Virus record (IMG/VR): IMGVR_UViG_3300027513_000010
Source of the DNA: a virus
Strand: one strand, 5' to 3'
Length of the DNA: 25,841 bases
A program made the position numbers and the translations under genes. The notes under the pieces are model-generated. The model made no database searches and was not told the origin of the DNA. It saw nothing but the letters and a program-made list of their open reading frames with translations. Shown here in pieces: positions 8,962 through 16,551 of the stretch. Position 1 is the stretch's first letter. Each line of letters starts with the position of its first letter.

Positions 8962-9215
8962 CCACTTATCTCACTCCGATGTGCTACTCCTGTGTGCATC
9001 TCAATCCCGGCGAATTGACATGCACTGCCTTTCCGCAAGGCATCCCCGATGAGATTCTCGATGGCCGGGTCGATCATCGTGAGCCGGTGGAAGGCGACGG
9101 CGGGATTCTCTTTGAGCAGTCGCCGGACTCGCCGGTGCCACCCTTTGAGATGTATCCCTTCGCATCGAAGCAAGCACTAGTCTCGTCGCTTCGTGAGCGA
9201 GTCCACCGGCGCTGA
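8958..9215 (+). CDS. small Cys/His metal-binding protein (CxxCxH..C.AFP.GIP..I..G..DH..P..GD.GI.F) with C-terminal ALVSS-LRERVH extension
   Basis: ATGA overlap. Motif recalled from small genes that follow MuF/zincin-type phage head genes. Confidence 0.8.
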   Translation: MTTYLTPMCYSCVHLNPGELTCTAFPQGIPDEILDGRVDHREPVEGDGGILFEQSPDSPVPPFEMYPFASKQALVSSLRERVHRR

Positions 9216-9480
9216 TCTAGGCCCGCATCTCCATCGGTTCTCGGATGGGTCGGTCTGTACCGGACGGCTGCGAAACTATCTGGCGGTGAGCAAGACGGTG
9301 ATTCACCACGACCACTACCCGATTGAGGTCAATGTGACGGAGTCGCTCGCTCGGTGCGACTCTTGCGGCGTGACGGGCGTGCTGGTTGTACGAGATGCCC
9401 CCACTGAGGCCCGCCGTAGCCAAAGTGCAGTGCTCCCTCCCACCACTTCGGGCAGTCGGTCGAGCACACTGCATAGCTGA
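9193..9480 (+). CDS. possible small Zn-binding protein
   Basis: PHLH..C....RCDSCG pattern, but overlaps an opposite-strand ORF by 152 nt. Confidence 0.35.
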   Translation: MSESTGADLGPHLHRFSDGSVCTGRLRNYLAVSKTVIHHDHYPIEVNVTESLARCDSCGVTGVLVVRDAPTEARRSQSAVLPPTTSGSRSSTLHS

Positions 9481-9592
9481 CTCCCTCGTGCATGGCTCGG
9501 GTGTAAAAGACCGGGTCGATTTCAATTCCACAGAAAAAGCAGCGTGGATCGTTGGCGACCTTGTCCCGTCCTCTTGGTGATGGAGTTTTCAC
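9329..9592 (-). CDS. possible small Zn-binding protein (CFFC...CSTDC)
   Basis: GTGA overlap with the upstream minus-strand gene and two Cys pairs. Confidence 0.5.
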   Translation of the reverse strand: MKTPSPRGRDKVANDPRCFFCGIEIDPVFYTRAMHEGVSYAVCSTDCPKWWEGALHFGYGGPQWGHLVQPARPSRRKSRTERATPSH

Positions 9593-9834
9593 AAACCAAG
9601 GTCTTCGTCCCGAGGGCGCTCTCGTTCGATCATCTCATTTCGCCACCGGAGGGTGTGCGGATCGTAGGGAGCAAGGTTCGGAGCTTCGGGGTCAACGTCT
9701 TTGAAAACTTCCAGCTTTCCAAGTCGCCGCTTATCCAGTTTGTCCCAGGCAATGAACATGAAAAACAGCCATCCACCTAGAAGGCAAATGACTGCTATCC
9801 ATTCCAGAATGTCGATCAAGATGTCTTCGGTCAT
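9589..9834 (-). CDS. small membrane protein
   Basis: N-terminal hydrophobic helix ILEWIAVICLLGGWLFFMFIAW followed by basic residues; ATGA overlap. Confidence 0.75.
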   Translation of the reverse strand: MTEDILIDILEWIAVICLLGGWLFFMFIAWDKLDKRRLGKLEVFKDVDPEAPNLAPYDPHTLRWRNEMIERERPRDEDLGL

Positions 9835-10019
9835 CGCGACTCCGCATCCTTGAGAGCCAGAGAGATTAGGTCGATGCGCTGAATCTCGGCGGCAAGCTGC
9901 CGGTGTTCATCAGTGCCCTTCCCTACCTCGCCCATCTCTTTGTGTGTTGCCCGCTTGCGATCCCTCAGCAAGCCCTCGATGTATCGAGCCTGGTGTTCTT
10001 CGACCGTGATGATCTTCAC
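9831..10019 (-). CDS. hypothetical helical protein (62 aa)
   Basis: GTG at 10019 with GGAGG RBS at 10024-10028. Confidence 0.7.
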   Translation of the reverse strand: MKIITVEEHQARYIEGLLRDRKRATHKEMGEVGKGTDEHRQLAAEIQRIDLISLALKDAESR

Positions 10020-10033
10020 GGTTCCTCCCTCAG

Positions 10034-10402
10034 TTAGTTCACTTTCGTCCAAGTGAAATCGAACCAATCGTCCTCTGCTTCGTTGTATCGATCCCGCTGC
10101 AAGTCCCAATGAGCACGCCAGACGGCGTACAGCATTTTGTGTCGATCCTCTTCGCCCTGATCGATTTCATCCTTGACCGACGTGTAGTCAATCTCAGAAA
10201 CCGCCTTGCTGAAATAATCAGCGACAACGACTCTCGGAACCGTTTTGCGGAATCGGTAATCGCTCCCGCTCTTCTCGATGATGTCACCGGGGCCGAAGGC
10301 CCGCTGAATATCTTCACGGACTCTGGCCCGCACCATGAGGTAATCGGGACTGTCCTTGTGCTGGACGATGGAGAAGAACCCATCCTTGGTGAATATCCAC
10401 AT
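10034..10402 (-). CDS. conserved hypothetical phage protein (MWIFT..GF.S.V....L.VRAR...D....DY.FR type)
   Basis: Recognisable motif, AAGGAAGG RBS and promoter directly upstream. Confidence 0.8.
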   Translation of the reverse strand: MWIFTKDGFFSIVQHKDSPDYLMVRARVREDIQRAFGPGDIIEKSGSDYRFRKTVPRVVVADYFSKAVSEIDYTSVKDEIDQGEEDRHKMLYAVWRAHWDLQRDRYNEAEDDWFDFTWTKVN

Positions 10403-10448
10403 TGGCCTCACCTTCCTTTCATGTCTGTATCTAGGTCAATTTCATGTG

Positions 10449-10477
10449 AGTGTAATAGGCTGGCTACTTCATTGCAA
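10449..10477 (-). promoter_or_regulatory. sigma70/SigA-like promoter TTGCAA-N17-TACACT
   Basis: Minus-strand -35 at 10472-10477, -10 at 10449-10454, in an AT-rich gap. Confidence 0.6.
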
Positions 10478-10684
10478 AAGCACTTCCGCCGCTTCGGGAA
10501 CCAGGCTACGGGTTGCGATAACCCATCGATGGTCGTTTTCTAGTGGATGGTCGAGTTCGACAATACAAACCAAATCTCCGAGTTGAGTGATCTTCCCCCT
10601 CTTGCCTTCGACTGTTTCCAGAGAGCTTCGGAACACTTCATCGGCAGAAACAACGACGACTCTCATTCCGACTTTCAATTTCAT
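10469..10684 (-). CDS. small SH3/KOW-like protein, paralogue of 10681..10908
   Basis: K.GMRV...G.I....V.LD....W...R.LVP.A.EVLL shared with its neighbour. Confidence 0.75.
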   Translation of the reverse strand: MKLKVGMRVVVVSADEVFRSSLETVEGKRGKITQLGDLVCIVELDHPLENDHRWVIATRSLVPEAAEVLLQ

Positions 10685-10908
10685 CGGAGCAAGACCTCGT
10701 CAGCAAACGGCACCAGCCGACGATTCCTGATCCACGCCTTGTTACCCCGGTCAGCCGAGAGACCTTCGGTATCGAGTTTCACCAGCGAGCAATATTGCGT
10801 GTATTGATCGTCGTGGTATCGGACGATGGTTCCTGTCTCGTTGTCAAAAAGGGAGTTCTCTTGTGCCTCGGAAGCGGGGAGTATCGAGACTCTCATTCCC
10901 GTTTTCAT
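10681..10908 (-). CDS. small SH3/KOW-like protein, paralogue of 10469..10684
   Basis: Same shared pattern; ATGA overlaps. Confidence 0.75.
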   Translation of the reverse strand: MKTGMRVSILPASEAQENSLFDNETGTIVRYHDDQYTQYCSLVKLDTEGLSADRGNKAWIRNRRLVPFADEVLLR

Positions 10909-11180
10909 GGGAGCAAGTAGGACGCCGCGGCGTTGGTGTCCCTGAACTCAGAGCATCCGCAGATGCCTCCCGGTTTGACGGGAGCAGTGCAAACATCGTG
11001 ACTGTCGCCGCCGATGTGTCCGGTACTTCGATGCCCGCAGAGGCAGACCGGATTGAGGTCTTTGAAACCGAGGCATCCACACCCGTCCTTGTAGCAATCA
11101 CCAGCGGAATTCAGATTGTGGTGGGCGCGCCAGTGACCGCACTGGCAAGGGTCGTTGGTGTATCTCTTCTGCACCGTCAC
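10905..11180 (-). CDS. Cys/His-rich protein with two CxCGH..H..C..CxC..F repeats
   Basis: CQCGH..H..C..CGC..F and CLCGH..H..C..CGC..F; GTGA overlap. Confidence 0.75.
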   Translation of the reverse strand: MTVQKRYTNDPCQCGHWRAHHNLNSAGDCYKDGCGCLGFKDLNPVCLCGHRSTGHIGGDSHDVCTAPVKPGGICGCSEFRDTNAAASYLLP

Positions 11181-12004
11181 TCTTCCTCGGGAAGCTCATC
11201 ACCAAAGAGAAGATCGGCAGCGCTTGGAGACTTGGCCTCAGCCGCCTTCTCAGCGAAAGTCCCGAGAGAACCATCAGCCAGGCCATACAACTCCAAGACC
11301 TTTCCATCCTTGCCGTAGGTCTTGCCGTCGAAACCGGTGTAGGTGACTCCCTCGGCGGGAGTGGCGACCAGCGCCGCCACCCCTCCGTCCAAGCCCTCCA
11401 TCGCCTCGGCCATGCTCGGGTAGGGCCAGCCGTGATTGTCGGCGCAAACCGGGCCGTAGCCTGCGTAGATCGACCGCTCGTCGGTCAGATGGGCGGCACA
11501 GTTGACGCAGATGCCGTAGGTCTTACCGAAGGCCTTGGCCTCTTCCCAAGTGAGCTTGGTGGTTTCGTCCAGGCCTTTCAGCCCGCCTCGGCCTCGGTAG
11601 TCGAACTCCCACTTGGTGAGTGGGCCGGTCTCGGACTCGACTTCGCTCATCCGCTCGACAAGCACCTTCGCCACGGTGTAGCCGTTGCGGGTCGTGTAGA
11701 CCTTGACGTACTGACCGGCTGCGTTCTTGTGCATTCCAGCGGGCGGGTCAACGTAGGTGGTCTTGGGCTTGGGCAGCTTGGGAGCGGCTAGTGCCCGCTC
11801 GATGCAAGCACTCGCATCGCCTTTGAGAAGAACCCCTTCGGGAGCTTCCCCATCGACAAGCCATGCTCCGGCACCATGCCATGTGTCCCAGGCGGCGAGC
11901 CGAATGGCGCAACCCTCGGCGAACTTCGGATCAACCTCACGCTCAGAGAGAAGGGTTTTCAGAAAAGAAACTTGTTTCTCGGTTGCGGGTGCTGGTGCTG
12001 TCAT
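11177..12004 (-). CDS. DUF6011-like Zn-binding domain protein
   Basis: CVNCAAHLTDERSIYAGYGPVCA fits CxxC..LTD..S...G.GP.C; N-terminal ATEKQ..FL motif; ATG 12004 with AGGAG RBS. Confidence 0.8.
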   Translation of the reverse strand: MTAPAPATEKQVSFLKTLLSEREVDPKFAEGCAIRLAAWDTWHGAGAWLVDGEAPEGVLLKGDASACIERALAAPKLPKPKTTYVDPPAGMHKNAAGQYVKVYTTRNGYTVAKVLVERMSEVESETGPLTKWEFDYRGRGGLKGLDETTKLTWEEAKAFGKTYGICVNCAAHLTDERSIYAGYGPVCADNHGWPYPSMAEAMEGLDGGVAALVATPAEGVTYTGFDGKTYGKDGKVLELYGLADGSLGTFAEKAAEAKSPSAADLLFGDELPEEE

Positions 12005-12039
12005 GTCTGGCTCCTGTCTCTTGCTTGCCTTACAAGGCA

Positions 12040-12068
12040 ATTATATCGAAATGAAAATACTAAGTCAA
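12040..12068 (-). promoter_or_regulatory. near-consensus sigma70/SigA promoter TTGACT-N17-TATAAT
   Basis: -35 at 12063-12068, -10 at 12040-12045. Confidence 0.85.
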
Positions 12069-12311
12069 GTCGATCTGTCCAGCCTCTATCGCTCTGAGCC
12101 AATCAAGCATCTCTGTTTGGCTCGGTTCAGGCTTGGGATGATTCCACTCCCAAATCCCATCCTCAGCCAGCATCAATGTCTGATCGCAGTAACGGCAGGG
12201 AAGTAAATCGCCAGGCTCGGCATCATCGAGAGCGCCCGTCACTTTTGAAACTTGCCACGTTTGGAGACAGCACCGCATTACACCGCCGATGCGAAGTCGG
12301 TGCTCTCTCAT
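12060..12311 (-). CDS. small Cys-containing protein (RCC...CRYC)
   Basis: ATG 12311 overlaps the upstream stop. Confidence 0.7.
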   Translation of the reverse strand: MREHRLRIGGVMRCCLQTWQVSKVTGALDDAEPGDLLPCRYCDQTLMLAEDGIWEWNHPKPEPSQTEMLDWLRAIEAGQIDLT

Positions 12312-12646
12312 GTGCGGTTGTCGGAAATGAGAAGTTGTGCCATTGCGTCCAGATCGTCCCACGGCAGATCGTAGAACTCAATGACGGCGGCGGGGGGAGT
12401 TTTCAAAACTGAGCAGAAGGTCAGTTGCTCGTGGTCGCTCAGATCGAATTCCCAACCCTGGCCCTCTTCGTCCTCAAGGTAGACCGGAAACGAAGAACTC
12501 TCGACCACGAAGGCGTCGTAGCCCAAGTGGACGAGAGTTCTGGCTAGTAGGTAGCTCCGAGGGAGATGGCCTTCCAGATCGGCGACTGAGAGCCGGTAAA
12601 CCATCTCCGCTGCGGCGACGGCCTTACTTGGCGGCAGCGTCACCAT
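12308..12646 (-). CDS. hypothetical protein
   Basis: 112-aa ORF filling the gap in the operon. Confidence 0.65.
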   Translation of the reverse strand: MVTLPPSKAVAAAEMVYRLSVADLEGHLPRSYLLARTLVHLGYDAFVVESSSFPVYLEDEEGQGWEFDLSDHEQLTFCSVLKTPPAAVIEFYDLPWDDLDAMAQLLISDNRT

Positions 12647-12914
12647 TGGTGTTGTACGCCCTCGGGACGTAGCCAGCGGCGACGAGTGCTTGCTGCACCC
12701 ACCCGATGGAGTACCCGGTCACAGCCGAGATGTCCTTCAAGGCCACGCCATTCTTGCGCGCAGTCATGCCGAGCTTCCCGATCTTGGTCTTGGAAGCATC
12801 GATCTGCTTCTCCAACTTCGCGATGTTGTCGGCCTCGGCCTTGATCTTGGCGAGCGCATTGCTGGCTCGACCCTCTCGGGCAAGCTCGCCCTTTGTCTTG
12901 GTGGCAGTTGTCAT
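12624..12914 (-). CDS. small basic helix-turn-helix DNA-binding protein
   Basis: ARKNGVALKDISAVTGYSIGWVQQAL HTH pattern after a coiled coil; GGAAGG RBS. Confidence 0.75.
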   Translation of the reverse strand: MTTATKTKGELAREGRASNALAKIKAEADNIAKLEKQIDASKTKIGKLGMTARKNGVALKDISAVTGYSIGWVQQALVAAGYVPRAYNTNGDAAAK

Positions 12915-12934
12915 GCCTTCCTTCCTGGCCCCGT

Positions 12935-13540
12935 TTAGAACGGAGCCTTGGGTTGAGTTTCGTCCTCTTCGTTGTTATCGGTTGTGGTGTCACTGTTCTC
13001 AACTACCGGTATCGGCGGCGGAACATCTTCGTCCTCTGCCGCAGCCGGGATTGGCGGCGGTGGGGGAAGCTCATCATCGGTGTCGGCCCCTAGCTCGGGA
13101 GTGGGCGGTGCCTCGTCACTCGATGTCCCTGGCGGGTGCAACGACTTGACATCGGTTCGCATTTCCTTCTCCCATTCCCGGTGGGCGACAGTCGCAACCA
13201 CGGAGCGCCCGAGCATCAGTGATGCGATCTGCTCGGCACTCGGCTGGTTGGTTGTCAAAAACTCCGGCGTGAATCCGAGAGCACGCATGGCTCGCATGAA
13301 CATGCGGCGATGGCCCGGCTTGCTGGTGTTGTCGGGGAACACGAGGTTGTTCCACAGCCACTCCCCGTTGTACGCCCCGCCGTCGATTTCCAAAACCATC
13401 TGAATCATCGTCTTGCCGGTGCCCGCTGGTGCGACTTCGGCCTCGATTACTCGGGTGTCGTACTTCCCGATAGGAACAAGGTCAGTCGTTGCCGCTCCGT
13501 CCGGCCCGCCGCCAATGAGGTCATTCCAATCCAAACTCAT
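12935..13540 (-). CDS. DUF669-like single-stranded DNA-binding protein
   Basis: VP.G.Y...V..AE......GK.MI...LEI..G.Y.G..LW.NL pattern, acidic/Pro tail ending in PF, adjacent to a Sak4-like ATPase. Confidence 0.75.
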   Translation of the reverse strand: MSLDWNDLIGGGPDGAATTDLVPIGKYDTRVIEAEVAPAGTGKTMIQMVLEIDGGAYNGEWLWNNLVFPDNTSKPGHRRMFMRAMRALGFTPEFLTTNQPSAEQIASLMLGRSVVATVAHREWEKEMRTDVKSLHPPGTSSDEAPPTPELGADTDDELPPPPPIPAAAEDEDVPPPIPVVENSDTTTDNNEEDETQPKAPF

Positions 13541-14316
13541 GTGTCCTCTTTCGTTACGCCCGCTGCTTCCAGAATTGCTTTGTCGCTCGGCTCTTCCGGC
13601 ACCGGCAACGGGAAGACCTTCTCGATGAGGGCTTCCAAATTGGGGTCGTCTACTACTGGCGGGATTTTGCCTCCTAGTCTCTGGCCTGCCTCAAACTGCG
13701 ACGTGCGCCTCGTGAGCAGCCGTCGCTTCTCAACCAACTCGTCGCCCTCCTGCTCCATCTCGACGTAGAGATACCCGGTGAGGTCGAGGAAGTAGGGCAT
13801 CACGTCTTGTAGCTGTCCCTGGACGAATGGCCCCCACATGCCATCCCGGTTCTTCGCCATGCTGGTGAGCACGACGCACTCAAGCGGCTTGGTGGGGTGC
13901 ACGGTCAAGTCCCTGATGTCACGGATCAGACCGGCGACCTCTCGGAAGGCATCGCCCCATTGCTGCAATTGCAACTGGCTACGGCCCGAGATGCCCTCGA
14001 TATAGCGTTGCTGCAATTCGGAGATGGAGTCGATGATGAAGGAATTGAACGGGTGCTTGCCCGAGGCCAGCCATTGGTAGGCCTTCTGAACTGTGTCCCA
14101 TGACCGGGTTGGCACCACGCACGTATCCCACGACCCATCGGCTTCGGGCGGGGCACTCTTGGCCGGGTTCCAATCGATTCGTTTGATGGGGAGAAAGCGT
14201 GAGGCAGCTTCCACGTCCATGTAGAGCCGGGGCGCGGGCGACGTGACCGAGAGAGTTGATTTCCCGCTCTTCGATGCGCCGTAGATGAGGAACGAAACGC
14301 TCCTGTCTTCACTCAT
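13537..14316 (-). CDS. AAA_24 / Sak4-like ATPase (putative single-strand annealing recombinase)
   Basis: LIYGASKSGKST Walker A, MDVE, FIIDSISELQ Walker B, Q.WG; ATGA overlap at 14316. Confidence 0.8.
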   Translation of the reverse strand: MSEDRSVSFLIYGASKSGKSTLSVTSPAPRLYMDVEAASRFLPIKRIDWNPAKSAPPEADGSWDTCVVPTRSWDTVQKAYQWLASGKHPFNSFIIDSISELQQRYIEGISGRSQLQLQQWGDAFREVAGLIRDIRDLTVHPTKPLECVVLTSMAKNRDGMWGPFVQGQLQDVMPYFLDLTGYLYVEMEQEGDELVEKRRLLTRRTSQFEAGQRLGGKIPPVVDDPNLEALIEKVFPLPVPEEPSDKAILEAAGVTKEDT

Positions 14317-15251
14317 GCCGTTGTGCTCCAATCAGGGCCGGAAGTCCTTGAGGTTCCCGGCACCACATCTGACTCGTCAGATTTCGTTTCAGTATAATAC
14401 CTTTCATGCCTTCCACCAACCAGGAATTTGACATTCAGATATTCCTCAGCCGCCGCTGGTGAGTCGTCAGCGATGAGGCAAGGCTGTCGATAATCGCACC
14501 AGGCGCAGTGCTGGTTGGGACTCGGGTAATCGGACTTCTCATCGATGGCTCGGATCATGTCGATGCAGATGCGCTCGATGTCTCGGAGCCGGTTGGGGCC
14601 GGAGCGAGCAGTGCCGGGAACCTTGAATCGCTCGATCTTGGGAGACCGGCCCTTGACGAGCACGGTGTACCAGGCCTCGGCCATCGGATCGTCGGGGTGG
14701 CTGAGATTCTCGATGGCGGTGTAGACGTGGTGCTGGTAGCTGTGCTCCAACCGAGCACGCTGGCCGGAGTCCCATCTCCCGAGAGATTTGAAATCGTTCA
14801 GAACTAAGAGGCCGGAGTCTTCCCGTCGAAACTTGGTGTCGATCTTCCCACGGAGCAGGACATCTCCCCCGAGAATCTCGGCCTCGATCATTTCCTCGGT
14901 GCTCACCACTTCCAGGCCGTGGTCAGCCCCGGTCTCTTCCAGCCAGTCGAAGTAGGCCGAGACCAGGCGACGACCGAGAGCGATGTCCTTGTAAAGCTCG
15001 TCCATTTCCCACTCGGGAACCGAGTGCTCTTCCTGCCAGGCCACCGCCTTCGCCGAGAGAGCGTTGTAGAAAACCACCGGGTCAGCCCCGCCGCCGGAGT
15101 AGTAATTTTCAAAAACCTTGTGCACCCGGCTCCCGAGTTCTCGGTAACCGTGCACTTTCGGGTGTGGGTGGAAGTCCCGCACGTAGTTCCAGTTCCAGAG
15201 TCGGCGGCACTCAAGGAAATTGTCGATGTCGGAGTGGGTGAAGATCATCAC
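14313..15251 (-). CDS. PD-(D/E)XK exonuclease (RecB/Cas4-like) with probable Fe-S cysteines
   Basis: THSDI..F..C, LG..VH..E, GKID, NDFKS and C-terminal CAWCDYRQPC. Confidence 0.85.
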   Translation of the reverse strand: MMIFTHSDIDNFLECRRLWNWNYVRDFHPHPKVHGYRELGSRVHKVFENYYSGGGADPVVFYNALSAKAVAWQEEHSVPEWEMDELYKDIALGRRLVSAYFDWLEETGADHGLEVVSTEEMIEAEILGGDVLLRGKIDTKFRREDSGLLVLNDFKSLGRWDSGQRARLEHSYQHHVYTAIENLSHPDDPMAEAWYTVLVKGRSPKIERFKVPGTARSGPNRLRDIERICIDMIRAIDEKSDYPSPNQHCAWCDYRQPCLIADDSPAAAEEYLNVKFLVGGRHERYYTETKSDESDVVPGTSRTSGPDWSTTA

Positions 15252-15481
15252 GATCCCATCAACTCCAATTCGTCGGGGAGCAGGATGATGACTCCGTCCA
15301 AGTCCTTTTCAGATAACTCAAGCTCGGTCTCGTAGGGAGCGAAGACGGACTCGGGCACTTTCAAATTGACCGCGATCCATACTCCCGGTGATTCCGGTTT
15401 GCGGGTTCGCACCGTGTTCACCATCACCTTGCCGTGAGCAGATTTTTCAATTCGTAAATACGCCCTGCCGGTCAGCATCAC
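15248..15481 (-). CDS. hypothetical protein
   Basis: 77-aa ORF with GTGA overlaps at both ends. Confidence 0.7.
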   Translation of the reverse strand: MMLTGRAYLRIEKSAHGKVMVNTVRTRKPESPGVWIAVNLKVPESVFAPYETELELSEKDLDGVIILLPDELELMGS

Positions 15482-16551
15482 GTTCCCATCATCGACATCA
15501 TCGGCATCATCACAAACCCCACTTGCTCATCGTCCGGCCCGTCGAGATGAAACATGTTCTTGGGGTTGGTGTCGAAACTCAGCCGTACATCGCCGGGAGC
15601 CAGAACCGAGACCATCGCCCGCAGCATTCCGGCATTGAATGCGATGGAGTAGTCGGCAACATGCCAGTCGCCAACCAGGGTCTCTTCGCTGGTGCCGACA
15701 TCAGTTCTGAAAGCCGAGACTTCCCCGCCCTTCTTGGATTTCAAATCGAGCTTCATGGGGAGATGACCGCGTGCGATCACGCTGGCTCGATCACAGGCGG
15801 CGAGCAAGTCTTCACGAGTCGTTTCAAAATGTCCGAGTAGGTCGAAGCTGTCGAGTGCGGTTTGGAAGCTCGGGAACTTGGCATCGCTCCGAAGAGTGCT
15901 GATCGCATTCATCCCCTGTCGAAACGTGACCCGATTGTTCTGCACGATGACATCGACATCGCCGCCACCCGAATCCAAAACCTTCTCGGCGAGGGGAAAG
16001 AACCCGCTCGGCACCACGACTTGCTCCCCGGCCTCCCACGGCGGGGTTCCGAGATGAGTCACCACGGTCATGCGGAACTTGTCGGTGGTGATGAAGTGCT
16101 GCCCGGTGATAAGCACGGTGTCAGTGCGGTAGGCACCGAGGTAGCGGATCGCTCGGAGCAGTTGCTCGATCCCGATTTTGAAAGTGGTTTTCTTTGAGAA
16201 GACCACGTCCATGTAATCCGCCGGGTTGCCGTAGCCGAGTTGGTACTTGGGGCCGAGCGAACTTTTGAGAATCAGCCTGCCGTCCTTTTTTGAAAGCGTG
16301 ACATCTCCCGGCGGCATTGCCTTCACCGCACGGATTGCTTCCGGTGGCAAAAGCAGGCGGTCGCCTTCCTCGGCGAGTGGGATGGGGATGGCGGTCTTGA
16401 TCGCAGTCGTGGTGTTGTGAGCCGAGAACACGACCCACTCCCCGGTGCAGTCGAGAAGGACTTGCCGGTGCACAGCGATGCCGCTCGACAAAGCGAACTC
16501 GACCTTTTCCAAGGCAGTGCTGAGGTCAGATTGCGGGGCAGTAAGAATCAA
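15478..16551 (-). CDS. dnaN: DNA polymerase III beta-subunit-like sliding clamp
   Basis: 357 aa; TTDKFRM (cf. ATD..RL), KFPSF (cf. FP.Y), IAFNAGML (cf. I.FN..YL), C-terminal VMMPM (cf. LIMP.R). TTG is the only start after an in-frame stop. Confidence 0.8.
   Translation of the reverse strand: MILTAPQSDLSTALEKVEFALSSGIAVHRQVLLDCTGEWVVFSAHNTTTAIKTAIPIPLAEEGDRLLLPPEAIRAVKAMPPGDVTLSKKDGRLILKSSLGPKYQLGYGNPADYMDVVFSKKTTFKIGIEQLLRAIRYLGAYRTDTVLITGQHFITTDKFRMTVVTHLGTPPWEAGEQVVVPSGFFPLAEKVLDSGGGDVDVIVQNNRVTFRQGMNAISTLRSDAKFPSFQTALDSFDLLGHFETTREDLLAACDRASVIARGHLPMKLDLKSKKGGEVSAFRTDVGTSEETLVGDWHVADYSIAFNAGMLRAMVSVLAPGDVRLSFDTNPKNMFHLDGPDDEQVGFVMMPMMSMMGT

Noticed and set aside
283-8965. Many alternative-frame and antisense ORFs inside the large + strand genes
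   Set aside because: Typical high-GC shadow ORFs with no motif or RBS support.
14313-15251. Cas4-like nuclease suggesting a CRISPR-Cas locus
   Set aside because: No repeat-spacer array or other cas genes were seen; the SSB/Sak4 context indicates a recombination exonuclease.
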